From NCBI GenBank assembly GCA_964035545.1, contig OZ037771.1, forward strand, positions 1,623,628 through 1,687,627: a DNA stretch of 64,000 bases, in the 5' to 3' direction. Under the pieces are notes generated by a model, which saw nothing but the letters and a program-made list of their open reading frames with translations, had not been told where the DNA came from and did no database searches. Source of the DNA: Bugula neritina. Lineage: Eukaryota > Animalia > Bryozoa. Position numbers and translations under genes: made by a program. Positions 33,101 through 45,488 of the stretch are shown one piece after another. Positions within the stretch are counted from its first letter, which is position 1, and each line of letters begins with the position of its first letter.

Positions 33101-34539
33101 TTTGAAACTGTAAAACAAAAAGTAAATGTAGATTGGCAATATTGCTTCCTATCGACTAATACTTATAGACTGAAAAGTTGTCTTTCTAGTAAATAAAGAC
33201 AACTGGCTTTAAGCACAAATTAAGTTGCAGTTGAATACTCAAGTGCTACTCAAGCGCGACTCAAGCGCGACTCAAGCGCGACTCAAGCTCACCATGCCAA
33301 TTGCACAAACCACAAGTGAGTTATATCAAGTACTAACACCGGAGCATGGGAGCTGATATCAGAGTTACCTGTAATCTTATAGCTCAAAAATTATCTGTAT
33401 CTTACTTACAGTTTTAAAAATAGATGTGGTTGACCAAAACACATACATGCAATATAAAAGATATAGCAACATACATCAACACTGATATAACGACAGTACG
33501 GTGGTAAAATTACATCGTGGAGGCTAATTATTGTATTAACAAAACTCTAAATAGGAGGTCTGAAGAAGCACTGATTAATGAACTTTAGATAATGCTGTCA
33601 TGCAAAGACTGTATAAAAGACAATATATTAATACATTATACAAAGACAGTATACAAAGACAGTATACAAAGACAGTGTGCAGACACAGTATACAAAGGCA
33701 GCATACAAAGACAGCATTACTATTTCAAACCTTTCTCTATTATTTCCTGATCAGGTGGCGGAAAGCATTGCTATACAATCACTAAATACGCCAGATATGA
33801 ATTACTTACCAGTTTTGATTCTCTGGTAATTCTTGCAGTCCTTAGTAGGTCTGAGATCCATATAGATGTTACACGTATCATTCAGACTGTTCCACAGACA
33901 GCAGTACTGGTACGTGATCACATCTAGTAGCCAGTGGGACAAGCCTGGCACTAATCCTGGGGAGTTGTAAGGAAGAGCCCCTAAAGAAAGCAATTCGTAT
34001 TGGTTCTAGTCTAACCTACTTGCAACTGATAATCTTCTGAAACTGTTTGTGAAGCTTGCCTTGACAACTCTAGTCCTAGACTCTCATGAAGTGAATAAAC
34101 AAGTTTTCAATTATCATAATTTTAAAACTTCTTCAACTTCATTTACACCAAATCTTGTATCATGCAGCATATATATGTGTCCCATTATTTGTTGTATAAA
34201 TGTAAAACAGCTCCTTGAAGATGCTCTGTTGTCAGTTTTTCCTTTTATCAACATAAAACATACTATTTTTCATGACGAACGAAACACCATGCCAGTTTTA
34301 CTCAACCATTATTTACAGTTTTTTCAATATGACAGAATAAGCGCTGGGTAACAGAAAACTCTCGGATGATCTGGTTTACACGGTAACTCACCATCATTGT
34401 GACTTTTATCAACAGTGGAGCCGTAGATAGAGTCTCCAGCGTAGATGAGATTTCCATCTGGTCCATAGCAGCACTGGGTTCCAGCACCAGTTGGACGTCT
34501 GCAACATTATCTCATTTATATGTACATTATGTCATATAG

Positions 34540-34571
<32 letters not shown>

Positions 34572-37103
34572 TGAGTGAGTGCGTGAGTGAGTGTGTGTGT
34601 GCGTGTGTGTCTGTGTGTCTGTGTGCGTGCGTGCATGGTCTACTATAATAAGCTGGTAGAAGGCACATATCTGTTTGACTTAACAAAATACAATAAGTAT
34701 AAGATTCTGTTTCCAACACATAGTGGGATACGATCATGTACAGAGTGTTGTAAGATGCCATAGAGTCGGATATTTAAGATACTAAAGCTAGAGGAACACA
34801 ACTTGCAGATGATTAATTATTAAATGTCATCTAACGTTATGCCATAGAAGAAAAACAAGGTGCAGCATAAATTAGACAGCTTAAGAGATTTAGACCCAGT
34901 CACTTTTGAATACATTAACTTTACTTCATTGTACAATTTTTTATTTGTTATATAAAGCATTTGACATCCATGTGATTTGAAGTTCTATGTAATAAATTAA
35001 AAATATATTTCAGACTATTAAATTTATGTGTCCTATAGACTATGCAGAATATACAAAACTTTCTAGTAGCTCTGGTTTAGTATGCAATTTAGCATAATCC
35101 AACAGTTAATAAAAATTTGCTGTACACATGCAGAAATTCAAAAAGTGCAAATTATTATCGAATGGCAATGATCACAGTGAACGTATCATATTTTCATAGT
35201 CAAGTCAATTTGCAGCTCTAAATGAACCAATACAAAACCGTCATGCATGTGGAATTTTCACTTTGTTGTTAACCCTGATAATTTGCAAAGAGAAGCTTCT
35301 AGAATGGGGTTTTCCATTTTCCAAAGTACTTGGAAAGATAGTACATTACATTATGGAATTCCCACTTTCCAAGAGTGCATATATGTTATATATAAGGACT
35401 TGGCAATTAGCTGCCCAAGCATTTTGCTACATTGGAGCTAACAGTTACCAGCTTTGACATCACAATGACCTCTGACAACGATGCAGTGAGACTTTATATT
35501 GAACGCTATGTGAAACAGGATGCAGATGTGTCATCAAAGCGTAGAGGTATTTGCTATAAAAGAGAGATCTGTATAATCAAAAATAGAAACTTTTGTAAGT
35601 CAGTATTTTTCAATAACATTTTATAAATTAATTTCTTTGAAGGTGGCTTGTTTACCACTTTTCATAGAATTATTTTGAAATAATAAATACATTTTAAGAT
35701 TATGGTTCAATTATTAATAACCTTATCATCGACTGACTGCAAGATTGAGAGTATTATTATTGACTGTAAAGCTTTTTACGCTTGATTTTAGCTGATTACA
35801 TTATCCATGAGTTGACCAACTTTAAAATTTAAAATGGCTCTCACTGAAGCATATATGTGAATTACAACAACCCAAAAACTATTATATTGCAGCAATCATC
35901 ACAGATGTGATTCATATAGTTCGGGCAGCAATTCCAGATGCAGACCAGGTTGAGTACCTCGGCAGCAGTTACGAAGGAAATGCCACAAAAAACAACTCGG
36001 ATTTTGACGTAACCATAAACATCGCTCCAAGAGGAAGTCAGTTTCGGGCGGAGAATATTCCAGGCGAGTTGGGATATGTAAGACTAAAGCATCTAGGTGG
36101 TGGAACACACGAGTTCAATTCTAAATGTATCAAAGGCGGATATTTATCTGGCAAAGCTGTCATGCAAAAAATAGTAAGTGGTTATCTACCCAGAGTGTTG
36201 AATTTTTATTAAACATAGTAGTGAAACACTGAATATATTTTAATATTTATGAAAATCTTTTTGCTGGCAATTAAATTTTAACATTCTGTATGAGCTATAT
36301 TGCCACCGTTATTATATAAACGCATTTATTATTACGAACGATGAAAATAGTGTAAGGAATTTGTTTACTATCAAAGTGCAACTTTTCTTAGATTCAGTCG
36401 TCACTTGACAAACTGAAGCATCGAGAGGGAGGATATATGCATGTGCAAGGCGAGCGAATCAAATTCAGCTTCTCAATAAGTGGTCCAGCCGTTACAGTCA
36501 ACTTGAGTTGGGGCGGTAACCGTATGCAATTAGACGTCGTAGCTTCAGTTTATCGCGATCACGTTGTTGGAGGAAGAGATGCAGACTACGTTCCTAAACC
36601 ACCCAACAGCACTGTAAGTTGCAAATACATTCACAATTGGTAAGACAATTCCAAAATATTTTACTTTACATTTATTGTGTAGCAAATAAGTTTGACTAGG
36701 CTAGTACTCTGCACTGCTGAGTAAGTAAATACGCATGTAAGAATTTAAAGTTCAAATCTCACTAATATGGCCATATTTTCCTTTATTTATGTTTGTGGTA
36801 TTAGAGAAAACCTTGTTGATTAATGTGCATGTATGTTGAGTTAGATGGTTTGCTAATGGCTAAACTGTGTAAACCATGGTGTTTATAGGCACCATCTTCA
36901 GACGACAACTGCTGGAGACAATCTTTTGCTGTCGAACAAAAATCTGTGTTCACAGGAGTAGATAGAGGTAACCTGGTACATAGAGAAGCTATCAAAGTGG
37001 TCAAGACTGTCGTGAAAAATGATCCTGTTTTATGTGAGTATAGCAGTGATCTTTAAACTAAAGATATTTAGGGAATATGCAGAACTGAAGCTATTTTGAA
37101 TAA

Positions 37104-37182
<79 letters not shown>

Positions 37183-40100
37183 GCGGTGTATGCACCCTGC
37201 AAGTGCAGTTTGTATATGTAGCCGGTAACATAAACATAAAAGAAACCACCAAATAATTGCTATCACAACCACCAATATAGTTTATAGACTATATAGTTAT
37301 AGTTAGAGTAAGCCTAAAAGTTTGGAGACTGCATTTATTCATCACAATACGTACTCTTATGTTGAAGCATTCGAGATGTTTTAAAGTGATATTACATTCA
37401 AATTTTGAGCCAAATGTCCATGTTATTCACTCTAGGGGACATGCCATCCTACGTAGTGAAAACTGCAGTTTTGATACTGATTCATAAGGACGAGCAAAGA
37501 GTCAGTCAAGGGGCTGCCCCGAAATCATAGGACGCTGCTCACACCGCTGATAGAGTGCTGGATATCGGAAAGGTAATAAACATATGACCAAAGTTGAAAG
37601 TTTTGAATTTGCAACTCACTTTCCTCAGTAATTTATAGTTAGTAGCCAACTAAAAACAGCTTGTGGAGCTAATTAGGTTTAGTGGGTGACTTCGACATCA
37701 ACACTTTCTAATTCAAAACTTAGTCCTAAGGCTAAACTATATAAATGATTTTGTCCCCCCCCCCAGTATATAAATTTGCAAATGCCTGCTGGCATAAAAA
37801 GCTAATATTGATAAAAGTATATAAAAATATATACTAACACCCAGAAGAATCAGTTTAGATCAGATGTGGATGTTGAGCAATGTTATCATGATTGAAGGAG
37901 ATGTATGAAGGCTTATCTAGAGGGGATATGAGAGATCCTCTCAATGGGTCTGAAAATATCCTATCAAGAACCTCTCTCCCTCAAAGAACAAAATGGCGAA
38001 ATGGGATAGAGTGTGACGGCCGGGGACTTATCAAAAAGATCAGAGCCAAAGTTGGTCTAATTAGATAATCTTCAAACAATGCATATTAATTCTACACTTT
38101 TGTTAACGAATATTTGTCTATTATCATACGCATACTTTTATTTAACAACTTATTTTAATTTTGCTGTCATGGTATCATTTGGTTTGTGCTGCAGTGTACT
38201 TGAAGTAAAGATATTGAAAACATTACGTGTGTTGAACTTTTAAACCTTTCATAAACCTGGAGATAATTTATCTTAGGTTAACCTTTTGCTTGTCTTTACG
38301 TCTTATTCATGGTTGTGGAGTTGTTAACTCAATGTGAAAATAAGTACTTTATGTCATCCCATCAGACTCTTCCATTTCATTTTTCAACCAAAACTCATTT
38401 GAATTTCATCTATCAAGCCTCGGTGTGTTCACCATGTGAGTATTAGATACAGTGAATACAGCTAAAGTATGCCAGGGCTAATAATGTACCCAGCAAAGAA
38501 TATTAATATTGTCTTTAGATGATGAAATTGACTCGCATTTGAATAGATTTGTCTAAAGAAATTTGGAGAAAAAGTTTTCAATAAATCAAGAACTTGGTTT
38601 GTTTGAGTGGTTGCTATGCTAGCAGTGAGATTTTAAAAAGCAGAGCAGATTTTTAGCATGAAAAACATTGTAAATATAGCTTTAAAAGTGAGTAACCCTG
38701 GTGCCCGACACCCCTATAGTACTGCATTTACCCATAACCATTTAATATGTATAAGATATAATTATTATTGCACAAGGTAGTTTAGAAAGAAGACAACTAC
38801 CACTAAAGCTCAACGAACAAAATTTCATGAACATTATCTAATAGAAATAAGCTTTTATCACTGAAACCTAACTTCAGATGAGTTGCTATAAAGAGGATAA
38901 CAAACATTTGATATCACAGACACAGAGACGAGTATAGAGTAGCAGTAAGTGAAAGAGTATGATTTTAGTTAACTTACGATGGCCAAATAGATCGCACACA
39001 GTGTTCTGCTGTTTGGTGGTAGTAACAGTTGTAGCTTGACTTCTTGTTGTACATGTTGCAACTCGGGTCAGGTACAAACCTCCCAATATCCGCAACAGCT
39101 TGGTCCTTAGTACACGGGCAATCCTGGATAGTTATATACAAGTGTATTGGAGCAACTAAAATAAGCTGTAACTTCTGCTTAGCAAAATTTATTATTGAAA
39201 AAATAGTTTTTAACATTTAATTTACTAATTGATAAAAGATGAAAGAAAAAGAAATATAAAAGCACTAAAACTAAAAATAAAATTGCAAATTATTTTGAAA
39301 CTTTTTACATTTTATAGCACCCTGTTCATAACTTTATAGTAGGAAACACAAAATGAGAAATGCACGAGATGGCAATCCTACCTCAAGTTCATTCAACCAA
39401 TCAGAGCCCTCCTTTGTTTCCTTAACAAACCAATTATAGCATTCTCTATCTGGCCAGATATTACCATCTTTACCTTGTCTTAGCTGATGGTCTACATACC
39501 AAGCTAGGGGGCCTTCCTTAGACCACAGTCTCCTATGTGAACCAATCATATCAACTGTTACATGATTCTGAATACTCACAGCTATTCACGCTATGTTAGT
39601 TTGATTGAAGACCTGTCAGAAACTTATGTGACAACAGAAATTAATTATTAATTTATTTGACCAATCATAACAGTTCTAGCATTCTCTTAACCAATCACAG
39701 TGAGTGTGACGTAGAAAAAGTTACAAGATATTCAATTAAAGTTACAAATTATGGCAAAAATTGTATAAAAATCAACAATGCAAACATTTTTCCAAACGAC
39801 TTTTAAATGAAAAATCTTCATCAAGCAGCATTAAACTTGATCCTAAAAATCAACTTTAACTTTAAACTAGTAGTTTTTAATACAATGATTCATATAAATT
39901 GAATATTTTATTTAAATAAACCTAATAGCCTCTAACTTTTTAACATTTATAAGTCACTTGGCCCAAGTACTTATATAGTCTAAGTCTGACAACTCCAAAA
40001 AGCAATACATGATAACTGCATATCTTGGATTAGTAATACAAAAAAATAGTATTAGAAATAGCAGTATTAAAAAGAATAATACAAATACTTGTACTAGTGA

Positions 40101-43100
40101 TACTACAAGTACTGGCACTAATACTACCAGTACTGGCACTAATACTACAAGTACTGGCACTCACCCAGGGTGAAGTGAGTCAGGAGTGTCAGGCAACTCC
40201 AAAACAACTGCACCCAGAATCTTATCTCTGCAATTAGTGTTGCATCGGAACAGTGAAGAGTTGAAACTATAGGAGCCAGTGTTTGGTACGTTTTTAGCAA
40301 TTGTCAGCTCCTCATTCCAACTAAAGTACTAAAAAGATGCATTTTATTCAAAAAAAAACAAGTAAACATCAAACAAATCTAATAGCTATAAAGACTCACA
40401 TGAAAATAAAAAGGCAGTTAGCCTGTTGTATACATGATATATATAAACTGAAATAAACATTTAAATGAATAACCTTAAAACAAAAGTTGCTTGTAAAAAC
40501 GATTGCATTATTTAGTTTATCTAAAAGTTAAACTTCAATTACTTAGCATTAAAACTGCAGCTCAGGGTTTACTCACAGATGCATTTTCTCTGTAAGTGAA
40601 GATTTTCAGGTTTAGACTCCCATTATATCGAGACAGGGTCATAGGGTCCCACTTTAGCTGTAAGTTAGACTGTGGTCTAAGAGACCTCCAATTATCTGTG
40701 TCTAGTAGGTCTATTGGAGCCTTCACGCCATTGGCTAGAGTGAAAATACTTGCAACTTTTATAAACTTCTCATTAAGTTTACACCATGACAAAATTCAAG
40801 GTTGATTATTTGTGAAGTAAAATTTCAATTATTGGGTTTAACTGCTTTTTGTTAATTTTTTTTCATGCCAGCAGTTTTATTTCCAAAAGATTAGAGGCAT
40901 CAGTGCAGAAGTTTTGTTTTCTAAAAGTTTATACATAGCCCTATGTTTTGAGAATTTTCTCTTTTAAGAGAACGGGTGCTACCACGGTCAAACAGTAATA
41001 TTTTTAACTTTCAAACTAAAAATAATGGCTAATCACAGCCTGTAGCCCCTGTGACTTCAAGCACCCAGCATACAATGCTACGCATACTACATTATCAGTT
41101 TCTACAAGATATTACTTGTAACCTTGTAACACAGGCTAAATTACATGATGACAACTTCAAAAAAGCTACCAGTTTCTGGTTCGAAAGTTTGGCCTCTCCA
41201 AACATATTTCACAACAACTTTGCTTATAATATTCTGCAAATCAAACTATTTCTAATTATGTAGAAGCAACTTACATGAAAGGTAATAGATGTCATTGCCT
41301 TTGACCTCCACACCGCCAATCTTTAGTTTGAACTCGTGCTGTTTGTTAGCGTAGAATGTTGGAGCGTAACACAACACCTTTGTTGAGCTGAGATACAATC
41401 CCTTTACACTCTGCAGAAATGAGAAATGTTTTACTGCATATGAAACAGTATAAACTTTGATCTGTTTTAACAAACTAATATTTGAACTTAATATAATTAA
41501 CTATAATGTTATATTTAACTCTTTAGGAGAGTTTTTATTGCATTCTGTTGAATTGCTTTTAGCATATGCAAATTTTCAAAGCAAACCTACAATATTTCCT
41601 AAACAAATGCTATTCTGTAAACTAAATGCAACTTTCAGCACTAATCATTTTTCTACAATTGGTATAAATAAAGCCCAGCATTTATTGAGACTTTCCTCTG
41701 TCATACCTGATTCCCAAACTGACACTCTATAGTCTGGTGAGGCATGAAACAAGCACCTGCCACTTCTACAGGATTTCCTCCAAACATGTGACCACTGGAT
41801 GGTATCAGTTCTATAGACTGAACTGCTGTAATTACAATCTCATGGTGTGACACTTTTGACATTGGTATGTGACACATGATATCAGTGTGTGACACATGAT
41901 ATCAGCATGTGACACATGTGTGACATCACTATGTGACACAAAGCATCACTATGTGACAAGTAATTCGACACAAACTAATGGTTATACAAGTGGAAGCTAT
42001 AATATTTCTCATGCTACACATGAATACCTGAATTCACTCCAGGACACGTGTGCTCAGCAGTAGCGACTTTTGATATCTCATAAATGTACTGTCCAACAGC
42101 GTTACTACCTCGTACCACATCCAGGTCAAGGACATTGCTTTTATTGTTGAGGTTAATAAAACCTTTGCCATGGCCAATGTTGATTCCTGCCTGAAATGTG
42201 TATACGTTACTTGTGGAGTGTGAACATATTAATTGTACAATGCAATATAGTATAATATAATATACAGTACAATATAGTATAATATAATATACAATACAAT
42301 ATAGTGTAATGTAATACACAATAAAATATAGTATAATATAATATACGATATAATATAGTATAATATAATATACAATATAATATAGTATAATATAATATAC
42401 GATATAATATAGTATAATATAATATACAATACAATATAGTGTGATATAATATATTATTCATCATATAATAAACATAATTTAGAAATGCATCAATAGTAAT
42501 AATATATAAAATAAAGTATTTTAAGTAACCTGTGCAGGTGGGTTGTCTGCCCCTACACCTGTCTTGGCATCCCCACCATTAGCGTGTCCTCCAGTCCAAA
42601 CAAGACTCTTGTAGTTGAAGACTGCAAATGTAGACGTGCCATTGGTGCAGATAACCACTTGGAATGTATTTCTCTGTAAATATGTAATGATATTTTATTT
42701 CTTAACATAGAGGGTTGCATGGATTCATTTATATTTCTTCCAACTGTTAGAAAAGTAAGCCCAAAAAACACCAGGTGCAACTGTTATAGAGATATGGTTA
42801 ATACATCATTCAACTTGAACCAGAGAGGAAGGTGTGTAAAATTTGATTAATTTTCATAAAATGTTGATATGATGTATTGACATAGTTTTAAAATGTTTAA
42901 TCATGTCTCTTAATGTGCTAAAATACACATCTGTAATTTCAAGTTTGTAAAGTAAAACAACAATACTCTGTCTGTATACTATTTGAATTGTTAGTCTCAG
43001 TACATGGGAATACACACTTACTGGGTAGGGCATAGCACTGGGGTCTCCTCCATAAAATGATATGTTAGCCCACGAGACAGCCAACAGATGGGTCACAGAA

Positions 43101-44548
43101 TACGAGTTAGCTCCTGGTATATTTGCTCTTATTAGCGAGTTTAAATCAGATGTCGAGTTTGAAGTAAGACTCAGACTGTAGGATACTGAGGCTAGACTGT
43201 CACTACAAGGAATTAATGAAGAAGATGTCACTTTTTGTGAATTATTGGTTAATACAGATGACCCTCTAAAGAGGGGACAACTACCAACCTTTCATCTGGC
43301 CTATACTGCATTCTAGCTCTGAACGGAGCAATCAGTGTGGGATCGCTGTTCACATCATCTGCAGGGTAGGTGAGCTTCTCAAACTTTTTTACCTCTTTTC
43401 CAAAAGAGATATAGCCGTTAGGAGATACCTGTGACAGTAAGATATATAAATATTATAGATAAGTTTGTTTGTATTTGTATTTTGGATTAGGAATGATAAA
43501 GGTTTTCGTAAGATTTGATATGAATCAAGTTCAAGCATTCTGCGACTAAATATGATATCAAGTGTTTGTATAGTACAATGCTATAAAATAAATATCTCCT
43601 TTGTTTTATATAGAGCAATTTTTTTCAGATAATTTTAGAAGTATTTCGGGACACTTTGGATTCAGTGCACACATAATAATGAGTGAGCCTGTTGAAAAGA
43701 CAATTCCAAAGTTAAAAATTGAACTCATTTCAAAAAAAGGTAAAATTATACCAAGTAATGATCAGCAAGTTTCTAGTTTAGTATTTAGGAGGGCAACTCC
43801 AATTAGTAGAGCTATATATATACATTCTATATATAGCAACCATGCTACTTGTTCAAATAAAAATCCAGTTTTACCTATAATAAACTAGTTTTCTCAACTC
43901 TACAAACAACAAGACTCACCCAGACATTGCCACCAGGGGGCAGGGTTGTCTCAAACAATGAGAGTTGAAAGGGAAGAGTGACAGATGCCCCCGCATCTTG
44001 ATACTTTGGGAGAACTTGGGGACTAGCCAAGGTCAACCAAGACGCATCTGTAACCAATTTATAAAGTAATATGATGTAGAAAAAACTGAGCTAAAATTTG
44101 TTTATAGTAACCATAGTAGCCTTTGTGCTTTTAGAAAAAAGCCTAAGTTCCAAGGATTAACCTATGTTCAAACTGAAATTTGACATACTGGTGAATTTCA
44201 ATGCCGTAAAGGCCAATATCAAACTGAAAGTTGCGCAAATTTCAATAAAACAAACAATTTATCTATAATTCAATGAGAAAGCAATTCCTGTAGATAAAAA
44301 TTTACTTTAAATAATAGTTTTAATGTCTTTTATTAATTTAGCCAGACCCCTTTTTGCTAAGGAAAAACTACAAGCTTTCAGGTATACTTGTTAACTCGAT
44401 TGTTGAAATAAAATAAAAGCTTTTAATAAAGTTACTGAATGTAGTGTTGGTAGACTGCAGCATGTTTACCTGCTGAAGAATGTTTACCTGCTAGAGAAGG
44501 TGGTGGAAAGAGCAAAACTACAACTAGGAAGGCAAACTGCTTGTCCAT
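30146..44548 (-). CDS. Mesh/SUSD2-like type I membrane protein (signal peptide-NIDO-IPT/TIG-AMOP-VWD-Sushi-TM)
   Basis: About 20 exons. Signal peptide MDKQFAFLVVVLLF (44488-44548); NIDO VSPNGYISF, LIAPF, RNTFQVVICTNG (42530-42673); IPT PSSGHMFGGNPVEVAGACF (~41707-41826); AMOP DCPCTKDQAVADIGRF (38978-39123), GAGTQCCYG (34392-34498), YQYCCLW; VWD from ~33002; Sushi SCG..CRHGYDL..TCSDKGMW (~30688-30874); TM GILAAILVTTAVVIFLIIMAGLV. Some internal boundaries are approximate. Confidence 0.92.
32646..32880 (-). repeat. ~23-26-bp minisatellite made of a SUSD2-like exon end/5' splice-site junction
   Basis: Ten ACTCAC (GTGAGT on the minus strand), each next to a variant of the exon end; the real donor follows 32865. 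Confidence 0.92.
35250..35396 (+). promoter_or_regulatory. Candidate promoter of the nested cGLR gene: HSE + kB sites + TATA
   Basis: AGAAGCTTCTAGAAT (35291-35305, nGAAnnTTCnnGAAn), GGGGTTTTCC (35306-35315, GGGRNNYYCC), GGAATTCCC (35355-35363), TATATAAG (35389-35396), ATG at 35465. Confidence 0.65.
35465..38068 (+). CDS. cGAS-like receptor (cGLR; Mab21/cGAS-family nucleotidyltransferase), ~345 codons, one in-frame TAG in this sequence
   Basis: Phase-consistent GT-AG exons 35465-35546, 35893-36173, 36392-36613, 36889-37033, 37436-37572, 37898-38068. Motifs: YLGSSYEG..SDFDV, SGPAVT, QLDVV, YVPK, CWRQSFAVEQ, PSYVVKTAVL, ENIL. TAG at 37528-37530 (codon 275). Confidence 0.9.
37107..37177. repeat. 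(GT)n microsatellite in cGLR intron 4
   Basis: Perfect GT run. Confidence 0.97.
42240..42455. repeat. AT-rich degenerate minisatellite (~25-bp unit of 5-mers)
   Basis: Repeats of aatatagtataatataatatac. Confidence 0.85.
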
Positions 44549-45488
44549 TCTACAGGTGAGCTGTTGGTTAACTGATTCTTTAATCTATCTGTGAAATATT
44601 GTAACTATTTTATCTTCTAAACAAACAGAAGCTTTAATCCGTTATTCTATTTGAATATGATCTTTATCACAGTGCTACTGGAATCTCTCTGCGCTCTCTA
44701 TATACCGCACGAAGTTGGCAAGCTAACTAAGTATTATAGCAACTATGTGTCATTCAGCCTATGAGAATGGAATTATATCTCTAGGTAGTTTCTTATCTAA
44801 AACCAGCCAATATATTTGCACAAAATCTTAATAAACTCTCGAAAAAAATTCATGCTGGCAGTTAGTTTTATACTTTATAAAATAAAATCATATATAGACT
44901 ATAGTTGATATTTGATAAGTTCTTTAGTAAAACAACGTTATGTAATATTACATTGCAAGTTTTCCATTTGTAGAGCAAATAAACCATAATTTAGATGTTA
45001 TTTACATATAGGCCTACCTTGTGCATTGTTATTAACCAACAGTGTCAACTAAATTCTATTGTCATATGCCTTATTAAATTATTTAATTTGAACTTATTCA
45101 CTTATTCTAGATAAAATATAAACAATTTTTGCTTCAAGTAATTTTCCATTATTTATGGTCTTAGGTCTATTATTTGGTCTTATACAGTTATCATTCATTT
45201 CCTTAGCCTGCTTCTCTTTGCTATGCAGCGAGTTTGACAATAATGTACTGAGTAAGTTTTTGACCATTTGGCACTTCATATGGCAATAAAATATTTAAGC
45301 CTGTATGTGTTTATGAGCAGCTCTTTTTATGGGGGGGGGGGGGGAGCCTAAATGCACAAACAATAAACCTTCTTTTGATTGTTTGCTTAAGCATTGCCAT
45401 GATCAAAGTTCAATAGATAGTATGAAACAGTCACTCAGTTAGTGTTACTAGCTGAAGTTGCCTAGTATACCAAATACACAGCATAGCC

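Noticed and set aside
33237-33290. 11-bp ACTCAAGCGCG tandem repeat
   Set aside because: Short intronic repeat not linked to a splice site; no evidence of function.
37528-37533. Programmed readthrough or selenocysteine at the cGLR stop
   Set aside because: The codon is UAG followed by GAC, not UGA or a leaky CAR-YYA/CUAG context, and I saw no SECIS.
40090-40164. 21-bp repeat next to a SUSD2-like donor
   Set aside because: It abuts the junction but does not copy exon sequence or an intact donor, so it is not counted among the junction-spanning arrays.
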